From Octopus vulgaris (Eukaryota), in assembly GCA_951406725.2 (NCBI GenBank), contig OX597818.1:22072001-22136000 (forward strand): a stretch of 64,000 nucleotides of DNA, in the 5' to 3' direction. The position numbers and the translations under genes were made by a program. The number at the start of each line of letters is the position of its first letter. Position 1 is the stretch's first letter. Positions 25,276 through 37,947 of the stretch are shown piece after piece. The notes below the pieces were generated by a model. It searched no databases. It had not been told where the DNA came from and saw only the letters and a program-made list of their open reading frames with translations.

Positions 25276-25991
25276 ACGAACATTCTCATAATAATTTTTA
25301 TAATTTCATGTCAAAAATATTTTTTGCCTTGCTTTTATTTCATTTATTTTATCCAGAGGCTGTGACCAAGTTCTCAAATAAGTTCTCTTTTTTTTTTTCC
25401 CCTCCTCAGAAAAATGCATTAGAATATAAACATAACTGTGTTGTTTAGAAGTTAAGTGCATTGAATTAGATACTGTTAAACCCTAAAACTATGAATTAAG
25501 AAATAAACTTCCTGAAGTAAAATGAACTGCCCTTAGCATGGCAAAACGCTAAACAAAAATCTTCTGCAAATGGTGAGTTACAGAAATATTGTATTACACC
25601 ATGATTTTCCTACATCCTAGTTGCCATGTAAACAATAACTAATCTGTCACTTTAGTATTTGTATAGGTGGCGAGCTGGCAGAATTATTAGGATGCCAGCC
25701 AAAATGCTTAGTGGCATTTCATCCGTCTTTATGTTCTGAATTCAAATGCCACTAAGGTTGACTTTGCACTTTATCTCATTCAGAGTTGATAAAATAAGTA
25801 CCAGTTAAACACTGGGGTTGATGTAATCAACTTATCCCTGAAATTTCCGGCCTTGTGCCAAAATTTGAAACCAGTATTTGTATAGTATGTAACTGAGTCA
25901 CCTTTCTCTACCAGCTTATGCCCACATCTACATTTACATACACACATATAAAGTTTCATACCCGCACGACACATATGCATACAAACCTCCT

Positions 25992-26022
<31 letters not shown>

Positions 26023-28309
26023 TCCTTCACACACTTATATTATAAGATGCACTCATGCTTCACATTCATACACACCCTTGCACCTAATTGAACTCTCTGC
26101 TCCACTCTTTTGTGGCACAATGTTCTCCACATCCTCCACTTCTTCTATCACTTCTACCGTTCCACAATGTGAAACACTTCCCAAAGCAAATTACATTTTG
26201 TCTCACCTTCCAAAAATATTTTATCTCTCTCTCTCTCCTGTGGAAGAGCCATTGCTCAGTACATCAATCACACACACCTTCTATTTGTTGACTGTTTTAG
26301 GAAGGAATTCATTTTTGTTTTGTTTTGCTCCAGGTACTTTTTCTCTGAATTACTTACAGGGCTGCTTTCATACAGACTTCAGTATGTGCATTAACTGATT
26401 ATGCAAGTTCTGTTATTATAGTGTCTCTTTGTACACTATATGTGTACTTTTGTGCATATGTATGCATGTTCTGTAACTTAAATTATATACCAGTCCTTAT
26501 TTATATATACGCCAGTGGTGTGTGTGTGTTTGTGTGTGTGTGTGTGTCTGTGTGTGTGTGCTATATTCTATGTTGTTTGTTTTTTTAAAGGAAATCAGTA
26601 AATCTAGTACTCTATTATTTCAAATATCCTTTGAACTTTCATACAGAAATGGATAAAAATCTTAACTGAATGAAGCAAAATGACTTGGAAATATCAACTT
26701 TCATGCATGTTCACTCAAAAGTTGCTTTGTAAGGAGAATATAATTACTGAAAATGAATTCCAATTACTATAACCTCCAACATTTCAAACTTAATGTTAAG
26801 TGTGCAAAGCTCTCCCAACCACTCCTCCTTTGGATCAGTATAATGTCACACACAACACATCTATGTATATTTAGTGTGTCTTTTTTTTTTTTTATTTTTA
26901 CCTTTTCTATTCTATGATAACCTTTTCTGCTATAGTTTTATTTTCCTCTGTTTACTTCTGATGCTACTTTATGTCAGTTTTGTTAATCAAAACATTTATT
27001 TAAACAGAAATATTTCCAAATACTACTTTACGACATGGCTCTCATTGATGTATTTTCATTAATGGAAGTTTCATTCTTTGAACACTGAAATCTGAAGACC
27101 TTTAAACAAAAGACTTAGTGTCTGTATTAGCAAAAGTAATTTGACTACAACAAAATCCAACAAAACCAAATGAGAGAGCTTCTACAGGATTGCTCAACAT
27201 GCTAGATAAAGCAGCCAAATATCCTTCAGTTCACACATACAATCTTAAAATGGAAGAACACATTGGATAATGTAGTTCTACAAACATGTTTGAAGTTATA
27301 TATATCAATATAGTTCTTCAAATATCATGTCTGAGAAAATGACAGAAATAGTTTTGGTCATTGGATTACTGGACCAGAGTTAACCTGGAACTAAAAGACA
27401 ACAAAAACTACACCATTGGATTTTATTTAGAAAGCTATTAAGTTAATGGGTGCATTTGTAAGGTGAAATTTTATTGGGTATGACTGGTCATATGACTGGA
27501 TTTGTTATGTCTAGCAAAGTCACTCCTAGGACTGCTTGTATCATAAACACAAGAAACTCGTTGTTACTTCAAATGGGCTGATGAGATTTTAGAGACTGTC
27601 TTAGAGCAAATTTCTATAGGTTGTGGTTTTTGGGAATTTGGGAATTTTGAATATGTCCCAACAGCAATGTTTGTCAGAGTTGGCTAGAGGAGAATAAATG
27701 TGAGCTTCAGTTAAGAGATATTACAAGGTGCTTCAGGATCTGGGAGTTTTTGTTTAATAAAAGTCCATAGTTCCACAATGTTCCATGTTATTGGAGATGC
27801 TAGTCTTTCAGTATCTAGAGGAATTGTTAAAGATTGGTAGAATGTTTCCTGTTCTTTGACCTGAATTAGTGAAGATGTCAAAGAAGATACTTGTTGTTAG
27901 ACCTACCTAACTCCTTTCATTGCAATCCATATATGTTATAGTTGCTCAATATATAACTTCTTTATGGTAGAAAGATCTCTTGAGTGGATATGTAGATAGA
28001 TTTGGGACACTTATGATTTGGCTGATGGGATGGTGACTGTGTACGGTTGTCTTTGCAACTGTAGCATTTAATATGGAAAGCTATGTTGACGTTAATATTG
28101 TGAGTTTGAGAATTTATGGTATTTGTGTGTGCATAGGGAGTGATGTCAAATTAGTGCTTAAAAATATCTGGCTATTCATAATTTCCACACTGCTGTGTGG
28201 TGGGCAACATCTAACCTATATAAACTAATTTTTTGCTGAAACCACTCCTAGTTTGTGCATCATTATAGTGGGGAGCTGCCCAGTTGAATACATCTCTGAA
28301 GATAAACAA

Positions 28310-28537
28310 ACTCATGTATTTCTGTATACGTATGTAACCATACATAAAATTTTCCACGAATATGTGTTATATCATGTGTATCCCAAACAGACTTATTCTT
28401 TTTTAGATGACTAGTCTTCTTCATAGATCACCACCAGTTTAGATAACTAACTTTAAAGATCTCTAAGACACACACCTCTCTCTCTTACTCAGTCTATCTG
28501 CTTTCCTGGTTACATACGTATACAGAAATACATGAGT
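28310..28537. mobile_element. Small element with perfect 31-bp inverted termini and a 16-bp flanking direct repeat
   Basis: ACTCATGTATTTCTGTATACGTATGTAACCA at 28310-28340 and its reverse complement at 28507-28537. GAAGATAAACAAACTC at 28298-28313 and 28541-28556. Confidence 0.75.
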
Positions 28538-28799
28538 GCAGAAGATAAACAAACTCTATATATTCTAGCAATAAATTTTTTAATTAAGACCTGTGATGGT
28601 TGAAATTTTTATGAAATTTTAGATTTCTGTGAGAATAGTATTTGCCTATTTTTCAACCTAAGTTTGTCCAGGAAGTTAACAGTAGTTTTGCTGACGTTTA
28701 TAGTTATATTTAAGCCAAATACCTTAAATTTTCTTAATACCCAACAAAGAACTGTGTGCACACATCAATCCACAACCTCCCACCTAATAGATATCCATT

Positions 28800-28995
28800 G
28801 CATGTGCTGTTATGGACATGTTCTCAGTCTCCTAACCTGAGCAGAAGCTGTAAACTGGAAGAGGCCACATAGCAGACTGTGCACCAGATGGCTGAGTGTT
28901 TTTAAGGAAGGTCTCCAGAGGCTTGATGTCACTTTGAAGGATGCTGAAGAGCTGGCATGAGACTGCCAATGATGGAGAGCACCGGTGGACCTGGT
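28800..28995 (+). mobile_element. RTE-like LINE C-terminal remnant
   Basis: YGHVL...W...DAEELA.DCQ.WR pattern. Confidence 0.45.
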
Positions 28996-29783
28996 TTGCT
29001 CTACACATGATGATGTCTCTAGGATCACTAATCTGGGATGGCCCCAGCCCCTTCAAGTTAGATCATAGGCAAGAAGCAAGCATACCCTTCATATTGTATG
29101 TAATTACTAGCTATCATCTCTGTACAATCCAGAGTTATGGGGTTTAGTACACTTTCAAAGAATATCAAGGATAAACAGTCTTACAAAATATGCTACCTTG
29201 ACCCTATTATAACTACCACAGAGATGTCAAACAAAGGTTCACTGTCCCTTTTTTGACCTAGTAAAGTCATTGTGGTATAACAGTAACTTCCTAAAAGAGA
29301 GAAACAATGAACAAAAGACTCAAAATAGTTCTTTTATTCTTTTATTTGTTTCAGTCATTTGACTGCTGCCATGCTGGAGCACCAGCTTTAGTTGAAGAAA
29401 TCAACCCCAGGACTTACTTATTCTTTGTAAGCCTAGTACTTATTCTATTGGTCTCTTTTGCTGAACTGCTAAGTTACAGGGATGTAAACACACCGATATC
29501 GGTTGTCAAGCAATGATGAGGGGACAAACACAGACACACAAACATATAAATATACATATATGTATATATATATATACAATGAGCTTCTTTCATTTTCTAT
29601 CTACTAAATCCACTCACAAAGCTTTGGTCAGCCCGAGGCTATAGTGGGACTGAACCTGGAAACATGTGGTTGGGAAGCAAGCTTATTGTTGCATTTAATT
29701 TATTCTATATTTATTTATTTACTGTAAGGAAATCAGTTTCCAAACAAACCAAAAAGTTTCAAAGTTGACAAAATATTGAGTCC

Positions 29784-29826
<43 letters not shown>

Positions 29827-29891
29827 TGTGTGATATAGTATATTTATATATAATATAATATAACCAAAGGAAGCCAACAAGGGAATTTCTA

Positions 29892-30671
29892 GGATCTTTT
29901 CCTTTTGAACGGCAGACAATTTCTAGTTAACTAAACACTTTAAAACTTTGTATACTGGTAGAATGTGTCAAAATAAAACATTTTTTTCTCTTGGTCTTCT
30001 TGAGAAAATTGTAATTTGTTTGTTTAATGTAGTTTAATTTTTCGAATTTTAACCAATCCTATGCTATCTTTTGAGCTAAAATCATTTGCTGCGCCTAAAA
30101 CTGAGACAACATCCTGTAACTAACCCTAACCCTAATTTTTTTTTTCTTAATTGTTAAATTAATTTAATTGTTACGTGTGTAAAAAAACCCGAAAGCAATG
30201 GAAAATGATTTAAACAATTACCAATAAAATAATTCTATAATTTTATACACACGCTTTCCGTATACGTACGGAAAGCGTGTGTATAAAATTATAGAATATT
30301 TTGTTTGTTAATTGTTTAAATCATTTTCCATTGCTTTCGGTTTTTTTTTACACACATAACAATTAAATTAATTTAACAATTAAGAAAAAAAAAATTAGGG
30401 TCAGGGTTAGGGGGAGGCTTAGGGTTAGTTACAGGATGTTGTCTCAGTTTTAGACGCAGCAAATGATTTTAGTTGAATGGAGGTAATCGATTGGTTAAAA
30501 TTGCCGAAATGCTCGTATTTTCACACAAAATATCTTACAAACTATAGAATTTTCTCAATAAAGCCAAGAAAAAATGATGTTTTATAAACACATTCTACCA
30601 GTATACGAAGTTTAAAAGTGTTTAGTTAACTAGAAATTGTGTTGACATCTGCCGTTCAAAAGGAAAAAGCC
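29892..30671. mobile_element. ~780-bp foldback/palindromic non-autonomous DNA element
   Basis: Ends are GGATCTTTTCCTTTTGAACGGCAGA and TCTGCCGTTCAAAAGGAAAAAGCC. Arms are complementary to a centre near 30263, with internal TAACCC units. Related ends occur at 39098-39310 and ~31400-31490. No clear TSD. Confidence 0.85.
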
Positions 30672-30882
30672 ACAATAATCATGCACCAACCCAATATATA
30701 TATGTATGTGTGTGTGTGTGTGTGTGTGTGAAAAATTAATTCAAGTAGAACATTTTGAACTTTTTAGGGAGTCTAAAGAGTTAGATTTCTAATAAAGATT
30801 TTTCACATCAAAGTACTAACTTGTTATTGCAAGTATTTAAAATATGAAAATATGACAATTAAAAATGTGTTGTGAGTATTAT

Positions 30883-31070
30883 AGGATGAAATCCTATATA
30901 TACCCAACTAATGGTTAAAAAATGAAGAGATGTTAAAAGTATTTATAAATTTTTAATCCATACAATCATTTTGTCATCCAAAACAATCGTATGGATTAAA
31001 CACTTATAAAAAATTTTTAACATATCTTCATTTTTTAACTGTTAGTTGGGTTTATATAGGATTTCATCCT
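30883..31070. repeat. Foldback inverted repeat, ~90-bp arms
   Basis: AGGATGAAATCCTATATA...TAATCCATAC pairs with GTATGGATTA...TATATAGGATTTCATCCT. Confidence 0.85.
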
Positions 31071-31537
31071 TTTAGTTGGTGTGTGTGTGTGTGTATTTAC
31101 ATATATCATATGTACATAAATATAGAGTATATTAACACAGGCTTGTGTCAGACCATATTGAAACAAACCTGTTAGTTGAATTTGTTTTCTTCACACAGTT
31201 CAACACTAGTGTTGACATGCACTGGATTTGAAAAATAACTTGACACACATCTCTCTCTCTCTCTCTCTCTCTCTCTTCTTTCTTTCCTTCTTTCTTTCTT
31301 TCTTTTTCTTACTTACTTACTCAGCATTTATTGTTCCAGATCATATCTGATCCAGCTGACCTGTGATGTTATTCCCACACATGAAGAGTAAATCTAATAA
31401 CTTTTGTAGTGTTTAGAAACTAGTTCTTTTACAATAAATTAAACCTATAAAGAATTGAAATAGAAGGGCAGTCAAAAGGAAAAGATCCCAATACAATATA
31501 ATAAATCAACAACATTGTCTACTTGTCTGTCTGTCTG

Positions 31538-31575
<38 letters not shown>

Positions 31576-32429
31576 TCTGCAACATCAGTTTCTGCTTCCC
31601 TTTCTTCACTTGATTACTCATTGTGACACAAGGCCATTCATTTACAGGATAGGGTTGTAATACCCTACTCCTGTGTATGCCTATTCTGTTTCTTTTTTTT
31701 TTTTTTTTTGACTCAAGAGGATGGCAAGCAAAGGCAATTTCAATAGAATTTTAAGCTCAAAACAAACACAACCATAAGAAAATACTGAAAGGAAGGAGCC
31801 ACTACAGGATGGCATGCAATTTACTAGAAATAGCAGTAAAAAACAAAATTTCCCTCTTGAAATAGGGAGACATGTTGGATGGAAATGACTGTTCTATATA
31901 CACTGAAAAAAAAGTACAAAAAGAACCCCACCCCAAAAAAATAACAGTGAGATGATCATGACAGAGCTGCCTTTGTTCATGTCTGCTCATTTAGGGTTGA
32001 ACTAAGGCTAAACAACGGGAAAACATGATATATGAACCAACAAGAGAATGTCTGCATTGTTGCTTGCCTGCCAGAAAAAGCTGCAAAGTCACTCTCAAAG
32101 AACATGCTATTGAGATCCAAGTGTATGAAGTTAGTAAGCTTCAAGCATTTATGCAGCTAGTATAAATGACAAAAAGTGAACAATATACAATAAAATAAAT
32201 TTGTCAACATGGTAAGTTACACACTTTGTCCCATATTGAAATCACAGGTAATTTCAATAAGCTGATGGTTACCATGCAGCTCTTGGTTTAGCAACTAAAG
32301 TTGCTGAAAATGTGATAATGTGTGTGTGTGTATGGACATGAGTTTCTGTATGTATGTATGGAGATAAGTTTATGTATGTATGTAATGATGATGATGATGA
32401 TCGTGATGATGATGATATATATGTGGCAA

Positions 32430-33592
32430 GTTCACAGGAGCAATAAACATTGAAAATGTGCTGGGAACTGGGGGACTAGAAGTGGTTGATAGCTTCCGTT
32501 ATCTAGGTGTGACCAAGTCAGTAATGGTGGTGGATGCTCTGAGATCATAGCTTCTAGAATAAGAATACCCTGGGCAAAGTTCAGAGAGCTCCTACTTCTG
32601 CTGGTAAGAAAGAGCCTCTCACTCAGAGTGAAAGGTAGACTGTATGATGCATGTATGCAAACAGCCATGCTACACAGCAGTGAAATGGGCTGTGACTGCA
32701 GAGGACATGCATACACTTGCAAGAAATGAAGATTGTATGCTCCACTGGATATGTTATGTCAGTGTGCATTAACAACAGAGTCTAAGCTCCCTGAGAGAAA
32801 AGCTGGACATAAGAAACATCAGATGTGGTGTGCAACAACTGTACTGGTATGGTCATGTGTTACATATGGATGAGGACAGTTGTGTGAAAAAGTGTCACAC
32901 GGTAACAGTGGAGGGAACCTGTGGAGGAGGTAGACCCAGGAAGACATGGGATGAGGTGGTGAAGCATGACCTTCGAATGTTGGGCCTCATGGAGGCAATG
33001 ACAAGTGACCGAGATGTTTGGAGACATGCTGTGCTTGAGAAGGCCTGGCAAGCCAAATGAGACTGTAACCATGGCCTATGCCAGTGTCACATAACCAGCC
33101 CATTTAAGAGTACCCTTCAATCATTGGGCCATAAACTATGTTTGAGAAGACCTGCTGAGTCAAGTCAAATCATTATTGTGGCTGACACTAGTACCACCTG
33201 ACTGGCACCTCTGCTGGTGGCACATAAAAAGTACCATTTGACCGTGGTCAATGCCAGTCCCACAAGACTGGCTCCCATGCCGGTGGCATGCAAAATGCAC
33301 CATACGAACGTGGTCAATGCCAGTGCCGCCTGACTGGCTCCTGTGCCAGTGGCATGTAAAAAGCACCATTTGAGCATGGTTGTTGCCAGTATTACCTGGC
33401 TGGCTCCCATGCCAGTGGCACATAAAAAGCACCCACTACAGTCTTGGAGTGGTTGGCGTTAGGAAGGGTGTCCAGCTGCAGAAACCGTGCTTGATCAGAT
33501 TGGTGCTTGGTGCAGCCTTCCAGCTTGCCAGTCGTCAGTCAAACAGTCCAACCCATACCAGCATGAAAAGCGGATGTTAAATTTTGATGATA
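32430..33592 (+). mobile_element. RTE-clade LINE 3' fragment with a tandemly repeated 3' UTR and (GAT)n tail
   Basis: LYWYGHVLHMDEDSCVKKC...GRPRKTWDEVV...DRDVWR. Repeats of ~60 bp at 33170-33435. Confidence 0.85.
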
Positions 33593-34050
33593 TATATATA
33601 TTTTGCTATATTATTATATTTTGGGATAGTAATTTTTTTTTTGCCAAATAAACACACACTATTTATTTGTTGTTCACTTATTTATTATTGTCCTTGTGTT
33701 ATATGTCTCCATTGTCTGAGAATGGACTAGGTAGGGCAGGAGGATATACAAGGATGGAAAGGGTCGCTGAAAAGGTCACAGGTATGTGACAAAAGATTTC
33801 CAGGCAATGTGTGTGTGTGTTTATTTGGCAAAAAAAAAAAATTACCATTCAAAAATATATCAATATCTGTTTCAACACATGGTTTCACATCAGGAATCTT
33901 GCAAAGCAAATTCATAAGCATGTATATATATATATATACACACAGACATATGTGTGTATATATATGTATATATACACACACATATGTCTATATATATGTT
34001 ATATATACACGTGTGTATATATATATATACATACATATGTATATATATAT

Positions 34051-34629
34051 AATCAAATTAATATTCAATTTTTCACCCTTATTATTTTAAATTTAAATTT
34101 AAATAACTATGTTCTCTTACTGGCAAAATTCACTGCAGAGAATTATTTTCTGCAGAATTATTTCTGGTATTTTAGCATGCCAAAACGACGACTTTTGAAA
34201 GATAACCCCAAGTGCAATTGGTAGAACTGTATGCATGTTCAAACTCATGCGGACGTCTCGTGTATAGTTCTGCAAATTACATTTGCACAGACGATCATAC
34301 TGATGAGCTACAGACAATTACGTAAGTAATTATGTAAATGGTAATAGTAAAACTGATTTAAGATTAATCTATATTTTGTTTCTTTTCATTTGTCTTGCTT
34401 GCTTACGTTCTGGTGTTTGCTAAATTTTCTTGAGAACATTCCATTCTTAGCGGTAAAACCATAGTGGATCTACTTCTAGCATAATGGATGTCCATGTAGT
34501 GGTCATCCCTCTTATATGTATGTAATATAATTTTTCTGATTCTTCAGATTTTTCAGTATGCTAGACCACTGGTTTTAAATTGATATTAATCAAATTAATA
34601 TTCAATTTTTCACCCTTATTATTTTAAAT
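34051..34629 (+). mobile_element. 537-bp unit bounded by a 42-bp direct repeat, containing a degenerate hammerhead motif
   Basis: AATCAAATTAATATTCAATTTTTCACCCTTATTATTTTAAAT occurs at 34051-34092 and 34588-34629. CUGAUGA-GCUA is at 34300-34310 and UAGU-AAAAC (probably decayed UAGC-GAAAC) at 34345-34353. The unit starts at a TA microsatellite. Confidence 0.55.
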
Positions 34630-36321
34630 AAATATTGTCAGTAAATCATAAATATGAAAGAGAAGCAGTATTAGAGCAGTAGAGTAATTAGATAAAAATA
34701 GTTATGGCCAGTTTATGGGGTTACCCAGGGTTTCACATCTGTAAAACCCCTCTCCTCTACTGATCCACTAAATTATCTCACTCTCCTAAAGCACTATGCC
34801 TACCTCACTTTTCCCCAATGCTTCTGCAACCTACCAGCAACATGTCATCCTTTCCCTCTCTGACTTGTCTCTCTCCTGTCTACTGAATAATTATTACTAT
34901 TCTGCTGTTCTCCCCTTTTTGTTTGCATCCCTCACTCCCCCTGCCTCCCCAACTCATACATAATTTATCATCCTCTGCTCATTATCCACCATTCATTACA
35001 TTCACTCTTCAACCCAATCCAGTCATTACAGTTATTGCCTACTGCCACCTCCTCACACATTTCCCATCTCTCATGCCCCACCCCTTGCAATCTCCACTCA
35101 CCCATACTCCCAGTTCCTTTGTCCCCACTCATTTCTACTCCCTTCATACCTTGAAGGTCCACCTAGACACCTCATCACTATTTTTATCACTTTCTCCACC
35201 CTCTCAAAGACTTTTCTAGTAAATATAAAGTCTACTTCACATATTGTGTACTTCTTCCTTTCATTTACACATATGAACATATATATATATCATCATCATC
35301 ATCATCATCATTTAGCGTCCATTCTCCATGCTAGCATGGGTTGGACGGTTCAACTGGGGTCTGTGAAGCTGGAAGGCTTCATCAGGCCCAGTCAGATCTG
35401 GCAGTGTTTCTACGGCTGGATGCCCTTCCTAACGCCAACCACTCCGTGAGTGTAGAAAATTATACTGCACTGCCGTGACCAGGATCATATATATATATAT
35501 ATATATATATAACAAAGTGGAGTTGTAAGGTACCGCACAAGTGGAATTATATATGAAAGAAGGTTCGAAAATGCAATTTTAAAAGACCTTCTTTCATATA
35601 TATATTTCGTTTTGGGATTTGGCTTGCAAGATTCTTTACAGGAGTTCATGTGTTGAAGCATATTCTGTTGTGTCTGGGGGGAGTCATTTTCTTTTTGTGC
35701 CTTATAATTTAGTACACTCACCAGTAAACAGCAGAACACGGTGTTTCTCAGCATCTTGCTATCTTGGCCAAAGCTTATAATATCTTTTATCTGATTTTAT
35801 CTTTTATTTTTTTTTACTTCTTTCAGTCATTAGATTGTGGTCATGCTGGGGTACCACTTTGAACAATTTTTAGTTGAATGAATTGATCCCAATACTTATT
35901 TTTCTTTTTAAGATTTGTACTATTCTGTTGATCTCTTTTGCCGAACCACTAAGTTACAGAGGTGTAAACACACCAGCACTGGTTGTCAAGCAGTGGTGAG
36001 GGACAAACATAGACACAAAGGCATACACACATAGATATACATATATGATGGGCTTGTCTCCAACAGTGAAAGCATTGGTCTCATCCCAGAAATAGTTTCT
36101 TACTGTATCTTTAGATAGTAATGTATGATTGAATATGTATGTTCATATATGCAAATAAGTATGTCTACATGTATACATGCCATTGTGTGTGTGTGAATCT
36201 GTGTTTTGAATAATGTATAAGCACATATCTGCATGTCTGTACATGTGTACGTATACTTTCTACAGGCTAAGTGTCTGAAATGTTTTGTGCACATACACAC
36301 ACACACATATATATGTTCAGA

Positions 36322-36371
<50 letters not shown>

Positions 36372-36594
36372 TACTCACTCTCATATATAGAAGCAATTGT
36401 GAGGATAAGCAAATTAGACACATCAAATATATAAAGTATATTAAATACATCCAATACAAAATATGTATACATGTATACATGCAAAATGAGAGAAAGCAAA
36501 AGGTTGAAACTTTCAGATGATGAATTTATATGTATAACTTACAGAAAGTACAAATGGCAGAGTAAATTAAAGGGGTGGAAGAAAGGTATTATAA

Positions 36595-36716
36595 GTCCAA
36601 CAGCTGTTTCTGGGGGCTCAGTGATACATTATAATGTTGGTAGATTTAGACCATCAGAAGATACAGCCATATGGATGCTTTTAACATAGGATGAGATGAG
36701 CCTCCATTTTCAGGGT
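36595..36716 (-). ncRNA. Degenerate hammerhead ribozyme motif with long loop II
   Basis: Minus strand reads CC-CUGAAAA-UGGAGGCUCA...(~75 nt)...UGAGCCCCCA-GAA-ACAGCUGU-U-GG. Helix II pairs 9 of 10 bp, helix III is a perfect palindrome, and there is one substitution in the CUGANGA core. Confidence 0.6.
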
Positions 36717-36776
36717 AGAGGAGATCTTACATTTCAGATCTTAATGCAAAGAAGTTTGAAGAAGTTCATGGCTGAG

Positions 36777-36842
<66 letters not shown>

Positions 36843-36847
36843 GTTTA

Positions 36848-37058
36848 GAATGGCACAACAGTGCAGAGTGGATTATAATAACTGTTATTCAACCTGTTGC
36901 TAATTTGGGGCCCTGGTCTGTCTATGAGGATAGCCTCCTTAATTCTTAAATTTCCAAAATTCCTAGAAATTTTGGAAATGGAAGAATTAAGGAGACTATC
37001 CTCATAGGTAGACTAGAGACCCATATTAACAACAGGTTTCTGCATTGCTGTGCTATTC
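36848..37058. repeat. Foldback inverted repeat between two (TA)n tracts
   Basis: AACCTGTTG...CTATGAGGATAG.CTCCTTAATTCTT..ATTTCCAAAATT pairs with AATTTTGGAAAT..AAGAATTAAGGAG.CTATCCTCATAG...CAACAGGTT. Confidence 0.85.
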
Positions 37059-37121
37059 CAGACTCGTTGCATTTATTTCACAAACAATACACAATGCTTC
37101 CAATGAATTACAATACCCTCT

Positions 37122-37152
<31 letters not shown>

Positions 37153-37909
37153 GTAGATTACATGTCTCTATATAATGGTTAGTAATTAGAGTTTTCTGAT
37201 CAGTTGTGTTCTTTCTAGTTTTGTGAAGCCCAACCTCTCAAGAATGGTACCAAGGCAAATGTAACTAAGTGCTCTAATAAGCACAGATATGAATTTAAAA
37301 TTAGTCTGAGTCTAATATCTGCAGATTTCTAATTAATTTGTTGTAGAATTTTTTTTTGTTTTTCTTTTATTTCTAAAATTACATTAACATGTGCTAGACA
37401 TGTGATTTTTTGCTCTTGTGTACTATTTCTTTACTGTCTCAGAGCAGTATGACTAATCTGTTGTGCTTATTTTACAGGGATTTTGACATGAACACGTCAC
37501 TAGTATTATTTCATACTATGGGTGAGTATGCCTTCCATGTTACAGTAATTTTTTATATATCAATATTCAAGACTGTCCTTTCTATGAATTGTGTTGTATA
37601 TAGAATCTTTTAGCCACAATATCCTGCTTCATTAGTGGATTGTATCATGATGATATTTTCAGGCAACAGTTTGTCATGCACAACTTCAGTGTTAATACTG
37701 AAGTGTGGTGATGTTAGCATGACCAGTTTGTGCTTTTGAAAACTCTTGGTACTTAGCAATTTCCTGACTCAAAAAACGGACAAGAGCTGGCAACAGGAAG
37801 AGTATCTGGTCTTGAAATCCTGTCAAATCCTATGCTAGTGTGCAAAATCAGACATTAAATGAACAAATACGAAGTAATTGTTTAATTCAAGGTTTCACCC
37901 TTAAACTGG

Positions 37910-37947
<38 letters not shown>

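Noticed and set aside
30115-30430. Interstitial telomere or chromosome fusion site
   Set aside because: Only 2-3 hexamers per arm, internal to a repeated foldback element.
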